NCBI GenBank assembly: GCA_963695825.1
Contig: CAVOHX010000009.1
Location: forward strand, 1,292 to 65,291
Length of the DNA: 64,000 nt
Reading direction: 5' to 3'
DNA from: an uncultured Chloroflexia bacterium
Lineage (GTDB): Bacteria; Chloroflexota; Anaerolineae; Promineifilales; UBA4811
Shown: positions 18,453-24,901 of the stretch, piece after piece
Numbering within the stretch: the stretch's first letter is position 1
How the letters are laid out: every line of letters starts with the position of its first letter
Translations under genes and position numbers: made by a program
Notes under the pieces: model-generated
What the model saw: the letters and a program-made list of their open reading frames with translations, nothing else
What the model was told of the DNA's origin: nothing
Database searches by the model: none

Positions 18453-19082
18453 ATGCAGAAACCAATGGAAACTCTTGAAGAGAAAATTGCCCGTGTAGTG
18501 AAGGAGGAAGTGGCCGTCGTACCATACGATCCTATCTGGCCGAAGGCTTTTGAGCAGGAACGGCTTTATCTGCTGTCCTGCCTACCTACTAATTTGATAA
18601 ATAGAATCGAGCATTTTGGTAGCACTGCTGTTCCTGGGCTGTCAGCAAAGCCCATTGTAGACATTTTGGTCGAGGTGACGAGCCTCGATAAGACCAGGGA
18701 GATAATTGCACCCATTCTCGAAGCGCAGGGGTATGACTATTTTTGGCGTCCGTCATGGGGGGATGATACGCCACCATTCTATGCATGGTTTATCAAACGG
18801 GATAAGAACGGAAATAGAACACACCATATTCACATGGTTGAGGCCGAATTTGAGCACTGGGACAGACTCCTATTTCGAGATTACCTCATTGACTATCCAG
18901 ATATTGCGTGGGAATATTCCAATCTTAAAGAAAAACTCTCTGACGTGCATCAGGGTGACCGTGTGGTTTACACGCAGGCCAAGAGTGACTTCATTGGGAA
19001 AGTTACTGAGAGGGCAATTCGTTACTACAGAAAGGCCCAACCATTAAATTCAGCAGACGCAAAAAACCGCGCCGCGGAATAA
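18453..19082 (+). CDS. GrpB-family protein
   Basis: MQKPMETLEEKIARVV...IEHFGSTAVPGLSAKPIVDILVEV...THHIHMVE. ATG at 18453, since the listed TTG at 18444 lies inside the attC. The last ~15 codons are attC sequence. Confidence 0.75.
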   Translation: MQKPMETLEEKIARVVKEEVAVVPYDPIWPKAFEQERLYLLSCLPTNLINRIEHFGSTAVPGLSAKPIVDILVEVTSLDKTREIIAPILEAQGYDYFWRPSWGDDTPPFYAWFIKRDKNGNRTHHIHMVEAEFEHWDRLLFRDYLIDYPDIAWEYSNLKEKLSDVHQGDRVVYTQAKSDFIGKVTERAIRYYRKAQPLNSADAKNRAAE

Positions 19083-19253
19083 GGGCCGCGGCGAGAAATA
19101 ATTACACATCTTGCTTGTTTTTTTGGCCCGTCTACCGCGTTACATCCACCAACACATATCCCGATATGCGCCGGCGGATGTGCCTTGTAGACGAACCAAA
19201 ATCCTGCGCAATCTTGTGTAATTATTTCTCGCCGAGACCCTAAACCGTTATCC
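19036..19253 (+). repeat. attC site (aadA-like type) interrupted by a 158-bp inverted-repeat element
   Basis: CCCAAC-CATTAAATTCAGCAGACGCAAAAAACCGCGCCGCGGAA-TAA-[insert]-TAA-ACC-GTTATCC. Removing the insert and one TAA restores a ~57-bp site collinear with the sites at 7013 and 11937. Confidence 0.65.
19083..19240. mobile_element. MITE-like element (158 bp) with 26-bp terminal inverted repeats and a TAA target duplication
   Basis: The TIRs GGGCCGCGGCGAGAAATAATTACACA (19083-19108) and TGTGTAATTATTTCTCGCCGAGACCC (19215-19240) match at 24/26 positions. The interior also pairs (CGTCTAC..ACATCC with GGATGT..GTAGACG). It is flanked by TAA at 19080-19082 and 19241-19243. No coding capacity. Confidence 0.65.
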
Positions 19254-19280
19254 TCAAGTATGGAAAAATATAGGGATTAA

Positions 19281-19325
19281 GTCTTCATTCTTGATAAATC
19301 AGGGCTTAGAGTGAAGAATGAAGAC
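19281..19325 (+). terminator. Strong hairpin after the last cassette, a possible terminator
   Basis: 12-bp perfect stem GTCTTCATTCTT/AAGAATGAAGAC with a 21-nt loop. A T5 run follows, but only after 8 nt. Confidence 0.3.
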
Positions 19326-19740
19326 CCCGGTGGTTTTTCAAAAATTGAGAAGATTTTCATTTGATATGCCCCCTTCTCTTGGCGATAACCGGCTCGAAGT
19401 GGGTCATAGACAGGATCGGCGTTAAAATACCATCAATGAAAGCAAACCCTAAATTCGTCCTTGTCTTAGGAGGGACCATTCTATGTTTGGCGCCTTATGG
19501 TTGAATGGACAATTAGACACTCACCCGATTGATTTTATCCCCTCACGTGTCATCTTGATCATTCATACGCTAGTACGCCCAGAGTTCCCGATGCGTCCCA
19601 ATATCATATCCGTTTTTACGTAACGAGCCGTATAATCGCTGTGAAGCGTGTTACGGATACGTGTTTTTTGTTTTATTACCAGACTAACCTGTTTAAAAAC
19701 CCCAGTTTGGACATTATTATGGTCATTTTACCGGTTATCA

Positions 19741-20387
19741 CTACAATCGCCACAGCATAGGAGTGCTCCGCTGAGTTTTTGAATGAGATTCAGATACTTT
19801 TTGATTTTTGAAAAAAAACTTGAAAAACCCACTCATTGCCAGTGTAGTTAGCAGAAAAGGTATTCCCAATCCAGCGGAGTATACGGTTAGGAACATCACT
19901 CCCTTTCCCACTGTTTCCATAGTGGCCGCATAAGTCAAAATGGCTGCGAGACTCGCCTACGCAAGGTGTCCAGCCAAAGGCAAAAGCAGCCCCAAGAAGC
20001 GGTGCTTTAAATAGGCCCAGCTTCTGCTGGCAGGTCAATCTGCTTTGTTGATAACAAAAACCAAATTTGAAAAGCCTGCTGAAGTCCGAAGAATATGATG
20101 ACCGCACCGGCTATACTTGTCAGTAACGGCAGCCTTTGAACCAAAAATCCGCCCAGCCAGGTCGCCGATGCTCCCATAACCACAAAGACAAAGGAAAAAC
20201 CGAGCACGAACATGACGGAGCTGAGCATGGCAGATGCCATTTTTCTGCCCATGATTATGGCTGTTATTTCATCAAGATATGCCTCAGACACAAAAGCGAT
20301 ATATCCCGGTATCAGTGGCACAACGCAGGAGACAGAAATGACAGGAGTCCGGTCTGCAATATAATTAATGAGCAAATCTTGTTCCAT
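19741..20387 (-). pseudogene. ccdA: Cytochrome c biogenesis / thiol-disulfide transporter CcdA (DsbD family) with at least 2 frameshifts
   Basis: Three overlapping minus-strand ORFs carry consecutive parts: ...VSCVVPLIPGYIAFVS...LGFSFVFVVMGASATWLGGF; KAPLLGAAFAFGWTPCVG; TYAATMETVGKGVMFLTVYSAGLGIPFLLTTLAMSGFFKFF. Confidence 0.7.
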
Positions 20388-20411
20388 ATTTAGTAATTTG
20401 CAAGTAATTGC

Positions 20412-21040
20412 CTATTCGACTACTTCTTGTAATTGATTGTAACCAAAGCTGGAAGAGGTCTTCCGTTTACAAAAAATCCAGGAGTTTTGGTAACATTTAA
20501 TGTTTTAGCATCTGCCATATCCTGCTTAATAATTTTTTCTATTTCAGGGTCATTCATATCAACTCTAATTTTTTCTAAATCGAGACCTGCTTTTGGTAGA
20601 AATTTCCATATCCGTTGAGGCTGTGGATCGTGATGACTGGCCGAGTATCTCTGGCTTTCAGACATTACCTCCTAGCGTTCCCATATTTCCCTTGTTTTCT
20701 TGATGCTTCAAGAATTTTGACCATTTCATCCGCTCCTTTATGAAAAGGGGCAAATCTAATGACTAATTTGATTTTATTCTGGTAAATTGACATTAATTTC
20801 TTGACTAACGTGTGGAATTTGCTGCAGGTTTCTGCACCCGAGGATCTGTAAATTTTACAAGGTAGATTTTAGCATCCTCACTGCCAAGCGTTTGCGAATA
20901 TTCCCTTATAAATGTAGAAGTGTTTTTCTGGCCATAAAACCATATTTTTTTATTTGATGGTTTTTGTAAAGAAAAACACCAAAAACAAACAGTAAAATTA
21001 GACAGATACCGGTTAATAACACTATATATTGTTTTTTCAT
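20412..21040 (-). pseudogene. DsbA/BdbD-like thiol:disulfide oxidoreductase, with at least 4 frameshifts plus an in-frame TAG
   Basis: Pieces in different frames: MKKQYIVLLTGICLILLFVFGVFLYKN; FIREYSQTLGSEDAKIYLVKFTDP; CETCSKFHTLVKKLMSIYQNKIKLVIRFAPFHKGADEMVKILEASRKQGKY; W-E-R-TAG-EVMSESQRYSASHHDPQPQRIW...TKTPGFFVNGRPLP; SFGYNQLQEVVE*. Its start overlaps the dsbB-like stop (ATGA). Confidence 0.7.
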
Positions 21041-21474
21041 TTTGAAAGTCTCCTCTTCGAAACAAAAAGCAATGCAATGATAATTGTAAAGGATATGAGT
21101 GACAGTAATGGAATGGTTAAAAAGCCAAACAAGTCCAGGTAGGTTTCTGAGCACGATATGCCTTGGCTGCAAGGTTGCAGATTTTCAGGTATAAAGCCGG
21201 AATAAAGAAGGTAATGATAAAATGCGAATCCCCATCCAATAATAGCTATAGGGAGGGCGTATTTAATTATGCTTTTATCAAACGAAAAGAGCCCGACAAA
21301 AAACATTATAACCAACGGGAACATGAAAATCCTTTGATACCAGCATAAAGAACAGGGAGCGAGTTCCATTATTTCACTGAAAAACAGGCTCCCCAATGTT
21401 GAGACAAAGGCGATAATCCAGTATATAAAAATGATCGTCCAATTTGCATTGGTCTTTTGATCTAAATTGGTCAT
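21037..21474 (-). CDS. Disulfide bond formation protein B (DsbB/BdbC family)
   Basis: …LGSLFFSEIMELAPCSLCWYQRIFMFPLVIMF...QPCSQGISCSE, with four TM segments and an intact frame. Start is ATG 21474, or the listed TTG at 21504. Confidence 0.75.
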   Translation of the reverse strand: MTNLDQKTNANWTIIFIYWIIAFVSTLGSLFFSEIMELAPCSLCWYQRIFMFPLVIMFFVGLFSFDKSIIKYALPIAIIGWGFAFYHYLLYSGFIPENLQPCSQGISCSETYLDLFGFLTIPLLSLISFTIIIALLFVSKRRLSK

Positions 21475-21547
21475 ATTAGTTATTTCCCGGAAATTGAGCG
21501 GCAACCGGATAGTTACTTTATTAAGCGTTAATTTGTCTGAATCGATT

Positions 21548-21895
21548 TTAAATAATTAATAACATCAGGTGTAGCCCATTCTTGGTCCAATCTATTTTTT
21601 TTGCAATAATACCGTCCTTATCAATCATAAAGCTTTCCGGGACACCGGTTGTCTGATAAAGATTTTTTATGATTCCTTGAGTGTCGGTAAGCGCCGGGAA
21701 ACTCAACCTGTGTTTTTTCATAAAAGGAGCCACTACACTGCTTCCTGTTACGTCAATACTGACCGCTAAGATTTAATCCCCCAAAATTTTCGTCCTTTAG
21801 CTCCTGATAAAGCTTTTCCATGGAGGGCATTTCAGCCACACAAGGAGGACACCATGTTGCCCAAATGTTGAGGAGAATCCAAACTCGGCCGCGTC
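21548..21895 (-). pseudogene. TlpA-like thioredoxin-fold protein. The N-terminus is cut off at the compositional junction and there is one internal frameshift.
   Basis: GRVWILLNIWATWCPPCVAEMPSMEKLYQELKDENF, then a shifted frame ILAVSIDVTGSSVVAPFMKKHRLSFPALTDTQGIIKNLYQTTGVPESFMIDKDGII. No signal peptide or start codon is left upstream. Confidence 0.65.
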
Positions 21896-24709
21896 GATGA
21901 ATACCGGGGCAACCCGGTCGATGCCGTAGGCGCTCTCTACGCGTTTCACAAACTGGGTTGGCGCCCGGGGTGGGCGCTCTGGCTCGAGCGCCTGCTGTAG
22001 GGCGTTGAGGGTCACCTTGAACTGGCGTTCCCCGGCCGTCGGATCAGCGTCAGGCCACAAGGCGGCGATGATCTCTTCGCGCTGCACAAAGCGCCCGCGG
22101 TTTGCAAGAAAAAGATGAAACAACTGCCGCGCCTTGCCCCGGCGCCAATCGCTCCCACTGACCGGCTCCCGGCCGCGGTGGACCGCAAAACCGCCCAAGG
22201 TTTGGACGGAAAGGGTATAGCCCGGATGAAACGCCAGGTCTGGAGGCAACCCCAACTCTTGGAGCAGGAGGCCGGCGTACCGCGAGCTAGCGAGTTCGTC
22301 ACTGTGTTGGCGCGCGATCACCAGCAAGGGTATGAGCGCCTGGGGATCGGGCGGACCAAGAAAGGTCTTGTGGCCAAAGAGAAAGCTGTACCCATTGTGC
22401 TCGACCAGATTCAGCGCTTCATCGAGACACGCCAGGAACGTCCGCCGGCCGCGCTGATGGTCGAGCAACGCCTGCCAGAGTTGGGCCACGGTGCGACCGA
22501 ACGGATCGCCCAGGTCGCGATACGCCATTTCGGATCTCGCCAACCATCCGTCGGCCGCCTCTTCCTCTCCCGCCAGGGCGTAGCTGGCGCCCATCGTCAC
22601 CTCGATCAAGGCCGCAATCCACTCGTCGCCGACGCTGTGAGCCACCTGAATCCCTTCTTGGGCGTTCCGTTCGGCCGATTCGAGATCGCCACCGTACCCG
22701 TGCAGGCGCACGAGCCCCCACAGCGCCTCTACCTTGGTGCGCTGGACGTCCAACCGTTCTCCAATCTCGATGGCCTGTTGGTAGCAGGCAAGGGCGCGCT
22801 CGGCCGATTCAGGGTGGGGCGTGATTTGCCAGGCGTGACCCAGGCGCATCAAGCCAACTGCCTCGACAAACGGTGATCCGAGGCGCTGGCCGACGACGAT
22901 TCCGTCCATGGCGCATCGGTACGACTCGTCCGCGTTGCCCTGCCAAGCGTGAATCAGCGACAGCAGCAAGAGCGTCTCGCGGTGCGCACGCGGCTCGCGA
23001 AAGTGGTCTTGTGGCAAGGTTCTGAGTTCTGCAGCGGCGCGCTCGACAAGAAGAGCGCGGGCGTTTTCCAACCGCCCCGTCCTCAACAGGACTCGGACGT
23101 CCAGATCCGCGGCGCCGGGCCCCTCTTCGCGCAACTCGCGGGCTTGGTGACGCAGCGAGTCCGCCTCTTCCCACCGGCCGCGATTCGTCATGTTCTCCGC
23201 CATCAGCTCTAGCAGACGGGCTCGCTCCTCGCGGTCTGGTTGCCCATCCACGAGGCGCAACGCGTCCTGCAGCAACGCCTCCGCCCGGATAGGACGGACC
23301 GTGTCGAGGTAGACGGCCGCCTGACCCCGCAGCGCACGACTGGCGCCGGCGACGTCGTGCTGCGACTGGTACCGCTCTTTGGCCTGCTCGTACCAGGCCA
23401 GCGCCTCCTCAAAGCGGCTGGCAAAGCGACACAGCTCGCCCATGTGGACCATCAAGATGGGAAACTGCTCCAGGGCAGCCGGCGGCAGCGCGGTCACCCA
23501 CTCGCTCAACGTATCAATGCGACCTCCGTCCACCAGGGACTTGCTCATCCGGGCCATGATGCTGGCGGCCGTCTCGCACTTGCCCGCCGCCAACCAATGG
23601 AAAATCGCCTCCTCGAAATTGCCTCGCTGCTGGTAAAAGGCGGCCGCCGTGCATTGCAGCGCCCGTGCGCGCTCTCCATCCCTCTCTACCTGCCGCCGTA
23701 AAAAGTCATGGAACAAGTGATGATATCGGAACACGTCTCCCATCCGCACCAGGAAGAACCCGTCCTCATCAAGCCCTCGCAGCACCGCATCGCTCCCCTC
23801 CCACCCCAACAGCGCATCACAGGCTCCCACGTCGAGCTGACGCAGCACCGCTGTGCTGAGCAAGAAATCCTGCATGTGCGCTGGCAGGCGAGCGAGGACG
23901 TCCTGTGCCAGATAGGTGAACAGATCTTCCAGCGAGCGCGGCAGCTCTTCCAGTATTCGATCCAGGGTCTCTGCCCCTTTTCTCTGCAAACTCTGCCAGA
24001 TCATCTGAATAGCGATGATCCAACCTTCAGTTTCGGAGGCCAGGCGACGCACCTGATGCGGGTTTAATTTCAGGCCGTATTGGGTGCGGAATAGGGTCTC
24101 GATCTCGTGATCCGAAAAGGCCAGCTCACCCTGACCTACCTCTAGCAGTCCCGCCTTGGCCCGCAACGGAACCAGGCTCTGGAGCAACGGCCGATGGCGC
24201 GTCGAGATGATCAGATGGAGCCTGGGCGGCATCACCTCGAGGAACCGATCCACAATCTGATTGACCTGCGGCGAGGCGCTGACCAGGTGATAGTCATCCA
24301 GCACCAACACCGACTCGGCCGTCAAACCCTCAAGAAGCTCATTGGAGAACACTTGAACAATTCGCAACAGAGAGTGGACGGGCGAGTCAACTTCTTCCAG
24401 TAGCAGCATGGCTCGATCACCCAACTCGGGCAATTGCATGCGAAAGGCATGAATAAGGTGCAACAAAAAGAGAAACGGATCGCGGTCGGTCTCGGCGATG
24501 CTATACCAGAAGGTTCGCAGGGAGGCCTGCTGCATGGCAGCAACCAGCGCCGTGCTCTTGCCATAGCCGGTGCTGGCCTGCACGATGGTCAACGGGTAAT
24601 GCTTGGCCTCAAGCAGACGTGTCGCCAGGTCCGGCCGGGGGAGTAGGTATCGCCGGAGTCTGGGCAACACCAGCTTGGTGCGTATGATCAGGTCGCCAAA
24701 CCGCTGCAT
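21797..24709 (-). CDS. MalT-like STAND ATPase + TPR + SARP-type winged-helix regulator. The BTAD C-terminus is lost at ~21890.
   Basis: Start is MQRFGDLIIRTKLVLPRL...IVQASTGYGKSTAL (P-loop), followed by a long helical repeat region. The C-terminal part is TLGGFAVHRGREPVSGSDWRRGKARQLFHLFLANRGRFVQREEIIAALWPD. After ...FIDAAEF the ORF reads into AT-rich unrelated sequence (GFSSTFGQHGVLLVW...). Confidence 0.7.
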   Translation of the reverse strand: MQRFGDLIIRTKLVLPRLRRYLLPRPDLATRLLEAKHYPLTIVQASTGYGKSTALVAAMQQASLRTFWYSIAETDRDPFLFLLHLIHAFRMQLPELGDRAMLLLEEVDSPVHSLLRIVQVFSNELLEGLTAESVLVLDDYHLVSASPQVNQIVDRFLEVMPPRLHLIISTRHRPLLQSLVPLRAKAGLLEVGQGELAFSDHEIETLFRTQYGLKLNPHQVRRLASETEGWIIAIQMIWQSLQRKGAETLDRILEELPRSLEDLFTYLAQDVLARLPAHMQDFLLSTAVLRQLDVGACDALLGWEGSDAVLRGLDEDGFFLVRMGDVFRYHHLFHDFLRRQVERDGERARALQCTAAAFYQQRGNFEEAIFHWLAAGKCETAASIMARMSKSLVDGGRIDTLSEWVTALPPAALEQFPILMVHMGELCRFASRFEEALAWYEQAKERYQSQHDVAGASRALRGQAAVYLDTVRPIRAEALLQDALRLVDGQPDREERARLLELMAENMTNRGRWEEADSLRHQARELREEGPGAADLDVRVLLRTGRLENARALLVERAAAELRTLPQDHFREPRAHRETLLLLSLIHAWQGNADESYRCAMDGIVVGQRLGSPFVEAVGLMRLGHAWQITPHPESAERALACYQQAIEIGERLDVQRTKVEALWGLVRLHGYGGDLESAERNAQEGIQVAHSVGDEWIAALIEVTMGASYALAGEEEAADGWLARSEMAYRDLGDPFGRTVAQLWQALLDHQRGRRTFLACLDEALNLVEHNGYSFLFGHKTFLGPPDPQALIPLLVIARQHSDELASSRYAGLLLQELGLPPDLAFHPGYTLSVQTLGGFAVHRGREPVSGSDWRRGKARQLFHLFLANRGRFVQREEIIAALWPDADPTAGERQFKVTLNALQQALEPERPPRAPTQFVKRVESAYGIDRVAPVFIDAAEFGFSSTFGQHGVLLVWLKCPPWKSFIRS

Positions 24710-24901
24710 GGACCTCGAACCCTGCTTTGCACTGAGACTGGATTGTATAGCAGAAGGCGGTTCCGGCAAAACCGTGTGCGTGAAACCGTCATCGGCCCGG
24801 GTTCGCGTACCCTGGCGCGCACGAAAAAAGCCCTGGCGTAGCGCCAGGGCTTGAAGATTCTTACAGCCGGGCAACCGGTCTTGCCAGAGCCGCCGGCAGG
24901 A

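Noticed and set aside
6481-19253. Regularly recurring palindromic repeats considered as a CRISPR array
   Set aside because: The repeats differ in length (57-190 bp) and sequence. They are separated by 0.1-1.6 kb of coding DNA rather than uniform spacers, and they carry AAC...GTT termini. They are attC sites. No cas genes are present.
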